A stretch of DNA of 64,000 nt. Origin: Crocinitomicaceae bacterium. Its GTDB lineage: Bacteria > Bacteroidota > Bacteroidia > Flavobacteriales_D > Crocinitomicaceae. The position numbers and the translations under genes were made by a program. Positions 1 through 7,524 of the stretch are shown piece after piece. Location of the stretch: the NCBI GenBank assembly GCA_044372045.1, contig JBILSN010000006.1, positions 11,390 to 75,389 of the forward strand. The letters run 5' to 3'. Within the stretch, counting starts at the first letter, position 1. Every line of letters begins with the position of its first letter. The notes beneath the pieces are model-generated. The model was not told the DNA's origin and made no database searches. It worked only from the letters and a program-made list of their open reading frames with translations.

Positions 1-125
1 CGCAGCAAGTCAATAGCTTTGTTGATTTCCGCTGCAGCATGATTGACTGCTTCGGCTTCAGCTTCTGGTACATTCAGTGGATATGTGCGACCAGCGATAT
101 TGATTTTAAGAGCTACTTTACTCAT
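1..125 (-). CDS. zapA: Cell division protein ZapA, N-terminal fragment (gene continues past the left window edge)
   Basis: Hand translation of the reverse strand from ATG 125..123 gives MSKVALKINIAGRTYPLNVPEAEAEAVNHAAAEINKAIDLLR. This fits the ZapA N-terminal pattern (I-x-I-x-G-R-x-Y-x-L followed by a helical AA..IN segment). It is absent from the ORF track because it is truncated. Confidence 0.6.
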   Translation of the reverse strand, partial: MSKVALKINIAGRTYPLNVPEAEAEAVNHAAAEINKAIDLL

Positions 126-440
126 TTAGGCTTGCTTGAGCTTATCTATACAGAATTCAATTTCTTTCACAAGTGCGTCGATTTCCTCAGCGTTGCGACT
201 GTTTGTTGCAACAGGAACCTCTTCGACTTTGTTTTGGGCCTCCGCCAATGATACATTGAGATCTTCAATAGCTGTTTGAAGTGCTGTTACCTTTGCTTGT
301 TCAGCTTGGTAAAGTTCTTGCATACGTTGCAACTCTGTTTGAAGCACCTCGTGCAGCGCACGTTCGGTTTTCAATTGCGTTGCTATTTGCAAGCTGCGTG
401 AGCGGATATCTTCTATGAGCGTATTGAGGTTCTCAGTCAT
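126..440 (-). CDS. Small coiled-coil protein immediately upstream of zapA (ZapB-like by architecture only)
   Basis: 104 aa, rich in Q/E/L with heptad character (LQTELQRMQELYQAEQAKVTALQTAIEDLN). No TM segment or signal peptide. Its stop codon (128..126) abuts the zapA ATG at 125. Confidence 0.6.
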   Translation of the reverse strand: MTENLNTLIEDIRSRSLQIATQLKTERALHEVLQTELQRMQELYQAEQAKVTALQTAIEDLNVSLAEAQNKVEEVPVATNSRNAEEIDALVKEIEFCIDKLKQA

Positions 441-535
441 GTTAAGCGGTGACTTTGTACAAAGTTAACAAGCATTCGTTTACATTATGCAAAAATTGGA
501 AAGGATTTTCCATTTTTTCTTCCTTAGCTTTGAAG

Positions 536-2194
536 ATGCACAAGTACTTCCTATACACAGCCCTGTTTTTTTCCACTTTTGCATTTGGACAATTCTTGAC
601 CTGCGACTCAATTTGGAGCTTGCCCATGAAGTCGCCTGTTGAATTAAGTGCAGGATTCGGCGATTTAAGACCAAACCATTTTCATATGGGTATTGACATT
701 CGAACCGGCGGTCGAGAAAACTTACCAATTTATGCCATTCAGGATGGATACATTGCCCGCTTAAAAGTTTCTGCTGTAGGCTATGGTTGGGTTTTGTATG
801 TGGCGCATCCGAATGGCTATACTTCTGTCTATGCGCACTGTAACGGGTTTGCACCAGAATTTCAATCTTTCTTTTTAGATACTTCAGCAGTACTTCAAAG
901 CAATGAAATCGACTTGATTCTACCCAAAAATAGACTGTTTGTCAAAAAAGGAGAATTGCTGGCTTTTTCAGGAAATACAGGAGGATCTAGTGGCCCTCAT
1001 TTACATTTTGAACTCAGAGATTCCGAGACGGAGCATGCGCTCAATCCGCTGTTGCACGGGTTTCATGTCAGTGACTCTGGGCAACCATTATTAAAGGGAA
1101 TACGCCTATATGCACTCGATTCCAATGGATATGAGGTCCCGAATAAAAATTATATGGTCACGCTCACAAAATTGCAGCACAAAGCTGTTTTGCCACCCGG
1201 TTTTTTGAGCGAAGGACAGCACTTGGGGCTGGCGCTTCAAGTGGAAGATCATTTTACAAACGGAGGTAGAAGTTTAGGCTTATTTAGTGCAGAAGTATGG
1301 ACAGAGAAAAGTGGTCATTTTGCTTTTGAAATCGATGAAATTGACTTCAACGACGCGCGCTACATCAATACGCATCAAGATTTTGCTTATGCAAAAACGA
1401 GTCAAAAGAAATTCCAGAAATTATTTAAAACTGCACATAATCCATTGACCATTTACCCCTATGATGGATCCGGAGCTTTTATTTTAAATGCTAGGGATAG
1501 CCTGACATGTTCAATTATGTTAAGAGATGTAAACGGTAATGAAACACAGCATCAGCTCCTCGTTTATCATCCAGGACCAAAAGGAGGTACAACTGTTACG
1601 TACACCGAGGACAGCCATTGGCTCCCATCAAAAGCATATGTCTATGAGGTAGGAGCATGGCAAATCAGAATAGATTCCTTTACATTTTTTGAACCCGTTC
1701 GTAAAATCCTCGATTTAAATCTAAAAAAACTGGGAACCAATCAAATGCAAATCTCCAAACCAGTAATGTTGAGTTACGAGTTCACGGATTCCGTTCTTTC
1801 GAAGGCCTACCTAATTACAATGAATGGAACTGCACTTTCGACTTTAAATAGTGCAGGTAAATTAGTGGCTTATTCCAAAACACTTGGCACATTTGGTCTT
1901 CAAAAGGATGAGGTTCCTCCAACAATTCAGCACCAAAGCAACAACAAATTAGATTCTCTAAATAATGGCAAATGGTCCTGGCTGGTAAACGATAATTTTT
2001 CAGGGGTAGCCTCCTATTCTTGTTGGCAAAATGGCAACTGGATACCCGCCTATTTCGATGCCAAAAGGAAGGTAATAAAGGCTCAATTTCAGGTTCCTTT
2101 TGGACCTGGAACTGTTTTGGAAATTCGTGTGAAAGATGCTGCGGGAAATGAGCGGGTTCTTCAGAGTAGTACGCCGTTGGCTCCTTTTAGGTAA
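536..2194 (+). CDS. M23 family (LytM-type) metallopeptidase with a long C-terminal domain of unknown function
   Basis: HxxxD motif in NHFHMGIDIR and HxH motif in GPHLHFE. Start re-set to ATG 536, which gives the signal-like N-terminus MHKYFLYTALFFSTFAFGQ. The track start at 449 is GTG. Confidence 0.85.
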   Translation: MHKYFLYTALFFSTFAFGQFLTCDSIWSLPMKSPVELSAGFGDLRPNHFHMGIDIRTGGRENLPIYAIQDGYIARLKVSAVGYGWVLYVAHPNGYTSVYAHCNGFAPEFQSFFLDTSAVLQSNEIDLILPKNRLFVKKGELLAFSGNTGGSSGPHLHFELRDSETEHALNPLLHGFHVSDSGQPLLKGIRLYALDSNGYEVPNKNYMVTLTKLQHKAVLPPGFLSEGQHLGLALQVEDHFTNGGRSLGLFSAEVWTEKSGHFAFEIDEIDFNDARYINTHQDFAYAKTSQKKFQKLFKTAHNPLTIYPYDGSGAFILNARDSLTCSIMLRDVNGNETQHQLLVYHPGPKGGTTVTYTEDSHWLPSKAYVYEVGAWQIRIDSFTFFEPVRKILDLNLKKLGTNQMQISKPVMLSYEFTDSVLSKAYLITMNGTALSTLNSAGKLVAYSKTLGTFGLQKDEVPPTIQHQSNNKLDSLNNGKWSWLVNDNFSGVASYSCWQNGNWIPAYFDAKRKVIKAQFQVPFGPGTVLEIRVKDAAGNERVLQSSTPLAPFR

Positions 2195-2829
2195 ATAGGA
2201 CTGCAATATGCTAGGTCTTCGAATTGTTGGTCTTCAAATTTTTGTAACGCGGCTTGAACTTGAAACCGCGCAGACAACGCGTCATTTTTCCAAATAAGGT
2301 CATTAGCAGTCCAATAGGTTTGTGCTTTGAGGTTGGAATCCCCAACCACAAGCGCAGGAAGATAATTCGAGATATCGGTTTGTTCGAGGAGGGCACATTG
2401 CAGGGGCAGAATGCTTTTGCCTTGTGCGTCAAATACTTCCATGTAAACTTCAGATCGACGCGCATCTAGAAGCGCAATTGTATTTTGCGGCCTATTTGAG
2501 CCAATTTGCATGGCCATTTGGAATAGGATTTGGTGCGTCGATATGGCAATTAATGGAATGGATAAGGCATAGCACAACCCTTTGACCGTTGATAATCCAA
2601 TACGTAAACCCGTATAAGAGCCTGGTCCGGAGCTGAAACTGATGGCCTGTAAATCTCGAAGTGTTTTGTTCGCGTTTTGAAGCAAATCTTCAATCATGAG
2701 CGTGAGCGCTTCGCCGTGGATGTAGCCATCTCCGGTTTGATCGTTATGCGCTAATAAGATGCCATCTTGAGAAAGTGCAACACTGCAAATTTTTGTGCTG
2801 GTTTCTAAATGAAGAATTAATAGGCTCAT
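2161..2829 (-). CDS. tsaB: tRNA t6A biosynthesis protein TsaB (YeaZ family)
   Basis: LETSTKICSVAL and SGPGSYTGLRIG motifs. ATG 2829 forms an ATGA overlap with the stop of the upstream response regulator. Confidence 0.85.
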   Translation of the reverse strand: MSLLILHLETSTKICSVALSQDGILLAHNDQTGDGYIHGEALTLMIEDLLQNANKTLRDLQAISFSSGPGSYTGLRIGLSTVKGLCYALSIPLIAISTHQILFQMAMQIGSNRPQNTIALLDARRSEVYMEVFDAQGKSILPLQCALLEQTDISNYLPALVVGDSNLKAQTYWTANDLIWKNDALSARFQVQAALQKFEDQQFEDLAYCSPIYLKGANGVLL

Positions 2830-3515
2830 TCTTGACATTCAAATTTAAAGCCAACGCCGTGTACGTTGCTGATTTGGATGCTGGGGTCTTCTTTGAGGTA
2901 TTTGCGAAGTTTGGTAATAAAAACGTCTAAGCTGCGCCCTACGAAATAGTCGTCTTGACCCCAAACGGAGTTCAAAATGACGTCGCGCGGAATCAGCTGG
3001 TTTTTGAATTTGTAGAGCGTTCTCAAGATCATGGCTTCCTTTTTGGTCAAGGTAAGCAATTGACTAGGTGATTGCAGGGTGAAGTTTTCGGTGTCAAATA
3101 GGTAACTTCCAATTTGGACGACTTTTTGTTCTTGCGTATCTACCTGAAGCTTTACACGCTTGAGCAGCGCTCGCACACGAAGTTGTAATTCTTCAACACT
3201 AAAAGGTTTGGTAAGATAGTCGTCAGCACCTGCATTGAAACCTTGGATTTTGTCTTCAGTTTGGCTTCGGGCCGATAGAAAAAGTATCGGAATTTCTGCA
3301 TTTTGTTTACGGATGTCTTTGGCAAGCGTAAACCCATCTTTAACCGGTAACATGACATCAAATATACAAAGATGATAAAGCTCCTCCTGGAAGCGACGCA
3401 AGGCTTCGGCTCCGTTCTCGCAGAGGGAAACTGCATAGCCATCGGCTCTGAGCTGATCTGAAACGACGATACCGAGATTGATATCGTCTTCTACCATGAG
3501 GATTTTGATTTTCAT
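2826..3515 (-). CDS. OmpR/PhoB-type response regulator (receiver plus winged helix)
   Basis: ILMVEDD, phospho-acceptor context IFDVMLP, LSAR, GADDYLTKPF, and C-terminal winged helix (LTKKEAMIL...VHGVGFKF). Confidence 0.9.
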   Translation of the reverse strand: MKIKILMVEDDINLGIVVSDQLRADGYAVSLCENGAEALRRFQEELYHLCIFDVMLPVKDGFTLAKDIRKQNAEIPILFLSARSQTEDKIQGFNAGADDYLTKPFSVEELQLRVRALLKRVKLQVDTQEQKVVQIGSYLFDTENFTLQSPSQLLTLTKKEAMILRTLYKFKNQLIPRDVILNSVWGQDDYFVGRSLDVFITKLRKYLKEDPSIQISNVHGVGFKFECQE

Positions 3516-3534
3516 GAGCGTCTATAAAAGCCAA

Positions 3535-3556
3535 GAGCTTTGGTAAACCAAAGCTC
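3535..3556 (-). promoter_or_regulatory. Perfect 9-bp stem hairpin in the predicted 5' leader of the 2826..3515 response regulator
   Basis: gagctttgg (3535-3543), loop taaa, ccaaagctc (3548-3556). It lies 19 nt upstream of ATG 3515 and has no U-tract, so it is not a terminator. Confidence 0.4.
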
Positions 3557-3589
3557 CTGACTATTAACCTAAACCTACTACTAGTTCTA

Positions 3590-3597
3590 CAAAGTTA
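3590..3597 (-). promoter_or_regulatory. Candidate Bacteroidota -7 promoter box (TAACTTTG) for the 2826..3515 response regulator
   Basis: The reverse strand reads TAACTTTG, matching TAnnTTTG. I found no good -33 TTTG. Confidence 0.35.
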
Positions 3598-3679
3598 AGC
3601 GCTTTTTTAGTATTAGGTTACGTCGTTTTGTTAAATTTTTCATAAAAAAAAATAGAGCGCTCCTTTTACCAAATTTAGA

Positions 3680-4369
3680 ATGCCTAATTTTACTAGGATG
3701 AAATCAGCACACTTACTTATTGTCGACGACGAAGAAGACATCCGCACACTTTTGCTTTACAACCTTCAAAAAGAGGGGTATAAAGTCCATGCGGTTGCCG
3801 ACGGCATTTCTTGTTTGGACTACATTAAAGTAGAAAAACCCGATCTCATATTACTCGATGTCATGATGCCCCAATTAGATGGCATTGAAGTTTGCGAACG
3901 GATCAAAGCAGATCCAAATTACCAAGATATGCTCATTTGCTTTTTGACCGCAAGAAGCGAAGATTACAGCCAAATTGCAGGTCTAGATGCCGGCGCTGAC
4001 GACTACATCTCCAAACCTATCAAAACAAAAGTTTTGCTTTCTCGCATCCAAGCAATGCTCAGACGCGGTGAGCAGCACAAAAAAATAGAGCTCGTTAGCA
4101 AGATATTTCATATAAATAGAGAAAAATACCTCATTGAAAAAGACGGCAATGAAATTCAGCTACCTCGTAAAGAATTTGAATTACTGGCCCTCCTGGCCTC
4201 TCGTCCAAATGTTGTCTTCAAACGCGAGCAAATTTTAGAGAAAGTTTGGGGCACGGACATCATCGTTGGCGACCGCACCATCGATGTACACATTCGCAAA
4301 ATCAGAGAAAAAATTGGCGAAAATCACATTTCTACCATCAAAGGAATCGGCTATAAATTCATTGAGTAG
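3680..4369 (+). CDS. OmpR/PhoB-type response regulator
   Basis: LLIVDDEED, LLDVMMP, LTAR, GADDYISKPI, winged helix (LPRKEFELLALL...IKGIGYKF). An alternative ATG exists at 3698. Confidence 0.9.
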   Translation: MPNFTRMKSAHLLIVDDEEDIRTLLLYNLQKEGYKVHAVADGISCLDYIKVEKPDLILLDVMMPQLDGIEVCERIKADPNYQDMLICFLTARSEDYSQIAGLDAGADDYISKPIKTKVLLSRIQAMLRRGEQHKKIELVSKIFHINREKYLIEKDGNEIQLPRKEFELLALLASRPNVVFKREQILEKVWGTDIIVGDRTIDVHIRKIREKIGENHISTIKGIGYKFIE

Positions 4370-4414
4370 TTTTGGCCCGTTTCTTGCTAGCTACGTATCA
4401 ATAATTCTAAATTT

Positions 4415-5980
4415 ATGAAAACAACTGTACTTTTTTGGGCGGGTCTATTTTTATTTGTCAATAGTGCTTTTGCACAAACCCCAAGCCCAGCTTTTGCCCC
4501 TATTAAAGACCATCTCGAACGCTGGGATGACATCCGCGGTGCGTGGTTAGCGGCAGCAATTCAAGCGTTAGCAGCCAACAAACACGTTCCGGACCGCACT
4601 TTTCCTGAAGATTTCACACCATACGAAATGCTGAGCATGCTTCCTGTAAGAGAAAGACAAGACCTTCGGCAAATGGTGCAAGAAAATCAAAGCGTTGCCA
4701 CCAATCATACAAACGCTGATTTTGGGCTTTTTTCAACCATGCTTGAGCATAGTTTCTGTAGCCGAACATATGGCCGGTCGTTCGGCGACCCGCATCTAAA
4801 ATCTTACGATCGTGCTTCTTATTCCTTTCAAACAGTTGGCGAATTTGTATTGTCTAAAAATGCGAATGGTTTATTTGAAGTACAAACGCGTCAACGTGCG
4901 CAGGACGATAACTTTTCTTTGAATGCAGCTGTAGCGATGAACGTAGCAGGAGATCGCCTTTGCTTTTATGCCGGCGAAAAACCCGACGATATGCAACAAA
5001 CGCCACTCAGACTCGATGGCATGCCTATCCAAATGCAAGGCCGGAGTTATTACTTGCCTCATGGAGGCGTGGTTCGCCTCGACGGTCGTAATTACACAAT
5101 TGCATGGCCAACTGGTGAAACAACTGTTGTAGATGTACGCAGTTCAGGGTCTAGGGGTTTTGTCAACATTACAGTGGGTATTTTTGATTGTGACAGAAAT
5201 GTTTTCGAGGGCTTACTGGGTAATAACAACGGTTTTGCCGACGACGACTTCAATAGCCGCACCAACATGCCGCGTCCAAATAATATTGCCGCACTATCTA
5301 TTGCATCTGCTTATGCTTTTGACTCTAGAGATGCTGCCCAAATGAATAATTTTGCCGAGCAAGAGTTTCAAGCGTATTTAGCCAAGAATTTTGCCGAAGA
5401 CTGGCGCCTCACAGACCTTACCACACTCTTTGATTACCGCCCTGGTACCTCAACAGCATCTTACACAGACAGAAGCTTCCCAAGAATACACATGAATATT
5501 TCCCAAATGAACGCTCAAACCAGAGAACAAGCGCGCCAACGTTGTTTACAAATGGGCGTACCTTCCGACGAAATGGGGGGGTGTATTTTTGATCAAGGTT
5601 ACCTGAATATTCCTCCAAACGTACCTCCGACCCCTAATATCCCATCGCCAACAACCTCAGTACTGAACAAAGTAGAACGACCTGCACTCAATAACAACGC
5701 ACATACTTTTTCAGAAGGAAAACATCCAAATGGCCGTCCGCAAACGATAGGTAGCAAACCTGAGGGCACCGTTGAAAAACCACATTCGGTTAGTAAAGAA
5801 AATAGTGATACTAAACCACAAAAGCCAAGTGTTTCGAAGCCGAGTTATCATGTTTCGCCGAGGCCCTCAGCACCGAGTGCGCCAAAGCCATCCACACCAT
5901 CAAATCCGGTAACACCTAGGCCTTCCACACCGAGCTCACCCAAACCATCTGTACCGGCCATAAAATCAGGTAAAGGATAG
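4415..5980 (+). CDS. Secreted protein with a von Willebrand factor type D (VWD) domain and a Pro/Ser-rich C-terminal tail
   Basis: Signal peptide MKTTVLFWAGLFLFVNSAFAQ. GDPHLKSYD is at aa 124-132 (GDPH at nt 4784-4795). VWD-like end motif GLLGNNNGFADDDF at about aa 266-279. Tail from about aa 399 (PKPSTPSNPVTPRPSTPSSPKPSVP). Confidence 0.8.
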   Translation: MKTTVLFWAGLFLFVNSAFAQTPSPAFAPIKDHLERWDDIRGAWLAAAIQALAANKHVPDRTFPEDFTPYEMLSMLPVRERQDLRQMVQENQSVATNHTNADFGLFSTMLEHSFCSRTYGRSFGDPHLKSYDRASYSFQTVGEFVLSKNANGLFEVQTRQRAQDDNFSLNAAVAMNVAGDRLCFYAGEKPDDMQQTPLRLDGMPIQMQGRSYYLPHGGVVRLDGRNYTIAWPTGETTVVDVRSSGSRGFVNITVGIFDCDRNVFEGLLGNNNGFADDDFNSRTNMPRPNNIAALSIASAYAFDSRDAAQMNNFAEQEFQAYLAKNFAEDWRLTDLTTLFDYRPGTSTASYTDRSFPRIHMNISQMNAQTREQARQRCLQMGVPSDEMGGCIFDQGYLNIPPNVPPTPNIPSPTTSVLNKVERPALNNNAHTFSEGKHPNGRPQTIGSKPEGTVEKPHSVSKENSDTKPQKPSVSKPSYHVSPRPSAPSAPKPSTPSNPVTPRPSTPSSPKPSVPAIKSGKG

Positions 5981-6021
5981 TTTAGAACTCACCACATTTT
6001 ATTTTCTGAGATCAATAAAAA

Positions 6022-6048
6022 GGGCCCGCAACAGCGGGCCCTTTTCTT
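6022..6048. terminator. Bidirectional intrinsic terminator between convergent genes
   Basis: gggcccgc (6022-6029), loop aaca, gcgggccc (6034-6041). An A-run precedes it and a T-rich run follows. Confidence 0.8.
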
Positions 6049-6075
6049 TGGAGAGCGTTCCTCGTTTCTAAACGC

Positions 6076-7440
6076 TTATTGATGCAATTTAATAAATGGT
6101 AATATCTCAGTACCTATGTGTAAAAAGTAGCTGCCGTTTGTCAATTGGTTCACTTCTATTTGGTTATCAAAGTAACCCTTTTGAATACATTGGCCCGCAG
6201 CGTTAAAGATTTGATAGTTTCCTGAGTTCATACCTTGAATAGTCAGGATATCTTGAACTGGGTTAGGGGAGAGTGTAAACGTTAAAGGTGCTGCAGAACC
6301 AATTCCAGCACTCTGAACATCAAATTGCGTAATGATATTGTAGTATAGTGGTGTAGATTTAATTGGGCAGTAGACTTGCAATACCAAATTGTAAGTACCA
6401 GTTGCAAAAGGCGCATAGAAAACGTAATTGATGTAAGTGTAGGCACCAGTTGTATCTGCTAAATACCAAACGGTATACAAACTATCTTGGTTGAAGACGT
6501 TGCCAAATGTTGCAGAAACCATATAGGCGGTATCGAGCATAGACAATTCGATGTCGCAATTATAATTCCAGCCTGAAATTAAAGTACCCGTGATATTAGC
6601 ACCAGTAGACAAGTTACCAATGACGTTGATACTGTCTATGTTCCCACCACCGTTGTTTCCAACAAATTGGGTGGTGTTGAATGTGCAACCATTGCTATCT
6701 GTTACAACAGCAGCGTAGGTGCCTTCGCATAAATTATCAATTGTATAGGTAGTTGATCCCTGGCTCCATAGCACACTAAAAGGAGCGCATGTAGCACAAG
6801 AAATGGCTATGGCTCCATCACAAGCCGCAGGCGCACTGCAATCGGTAACGGTTACAGTCGGGTAAAAACCTGCACAAGGGTTGGTAGTTGTGGTATCGTA
6901 AAAAATGTTGGCATTTTGACTAATCGTGCAGCCATTTGCATCAATAACTGTAACGTTATAAGTACCTACGCACAAATTGTTAAAATTAGCCCCACCTGTT
7001 AATGTTGTATTGGGAATTTGGTAACTATATGGGGAGGTTCCGCCGAAGGCACTGACTAAAATACTGCCATCACAGATATTTTGACTACTTGCCATTGTTT
7101 CTGTTATATTCATACCTAGACCTGCACAAGGATTAGAAGAGGTGGTCCCGATGGTAAAAGGAGAGGTGAGTGTAACACCAAAACCTGTTGCACTAACAGT
7201 GTAATTACCTGGGCAAAGATTAAAAATGGCGTTGCCGCCATTTTGCAGAAGCGTACCGTTCATGTACCAAAGTACAGACGTGAAATTCATCGTGTTTGAG
7301 GAGTCAATGAGGGCATAGCCATCGCAAACAGAAGGCCCGCTGCAATCTTGGGTAACAACATTAACAACAAATTGAGCACTTGCATGTTTGGATTGTATAA
7401 AGCCAAGCGCGAGGAATAGAATGGGTAAAAAGTGTTTCAT
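6076..7440 (-). CDS. Cys-rich repeat (SprB-repeat-like) surface protein with a T9SS type A C-terminal sorting domain
   Basis: Signal peptide MKHFLPILFLALGFIQSKHASAQ. Three modules of the type C..C DG.I......GT.PY.Y...LC.G.Y.V.V.D.NGC. C-terminus (LSPNPVQDILTIQG...YQIFNAAGQCI...LTNGSYFLHI) resembles the Por_Secre_tail type A CTD. Confidence 0.8.
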   Translation of the reverse strand: MKHFLPILFLALGFIQSKHASAQFVVNVVTQDCSGPSVCDGYALIDSSNTMNFTSVLWYMNGTLLQNGGNAIFNLCPGNYTVSATGFGVTLTSPFTIGTTSSNPCAGLGMNITETMASSQNICDGSILVSAFGGTSPYSYQIPNTTLTGGANFNNLCVGTYNVTVIDANGCTISQNANIFYDTTTTNPCAGFYPTVTVTDCSAPAACDGAIAISCATCAPFSVLWSQGSTTYTIDNLCEGTYAAVVTDSNGCTFNTTQFVGNNGGGNIDSINVIGNLSTGANITGTLISGWNYNCDIELSMLDTAYMVSATFGNVFNQDSLYTVWYLADTTGAYTYINYVFYAPFATGTYNLVLQVYCPIKSTPLYYNIITQFDVQSAGIGSAAPLTFTLSPNPVQDILTIQGMNSGNYQIFNAAGQCIQKGYFDNQIEVNQLTNGSYFLHIGTEILPFIKLHQ

Positions 7441-7487
7441 AAGTAAAGTTAAATTTTTATCAAGACGTCAAATTCATCAGAAAGTTG

Positions 7488-7520
7488 CTTGGTGTAGCCA
7501 AAATGGAATGCGTAATTTTG
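7488..7520 (+). promoter_or_regulatory. Candidate promoter: -33-like CTTG, 21-nt spacer, -7 box TAATTTTG, ending 4 nt before ATG 7525
   Basis: cttg at 7488-7491 and taattttg at 7513-7520. Matches the Bacteroidota TTTG/TAnnTTTG promoter architecture. Confidence 0.45.
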
Positions 7521-7524
7521 ACTT

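Noticed and set aside
449-535. N-terminal extensions proposed by the ORF track. Examples are 449-535, 15160-15237, 39410-39583, 40567-40638, 41502-41579, 50630-50704, 52999-53058, 54524-54586, 57929-57958 and 57920-58021.
   Set aside because: The track starts are often GTG or TTG, or they overlap the preceding gene. Internal ATGs give proper signal peptides, lipoboxes or family N-termini, form ATGA-type couplings, or sit just downstream of -7 boxes.
5800-5965. Imperfect DNA repeats (ccatccacaccatca / ccttccacaccgagc) suggesting a tandem repeat or VNTR
   Set aside because: The repeats are short and degenerate. They are fully explained by the Pro/Ser-rich coding sequence of the VWD protein tail. 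This is not a non-coding repeat array.
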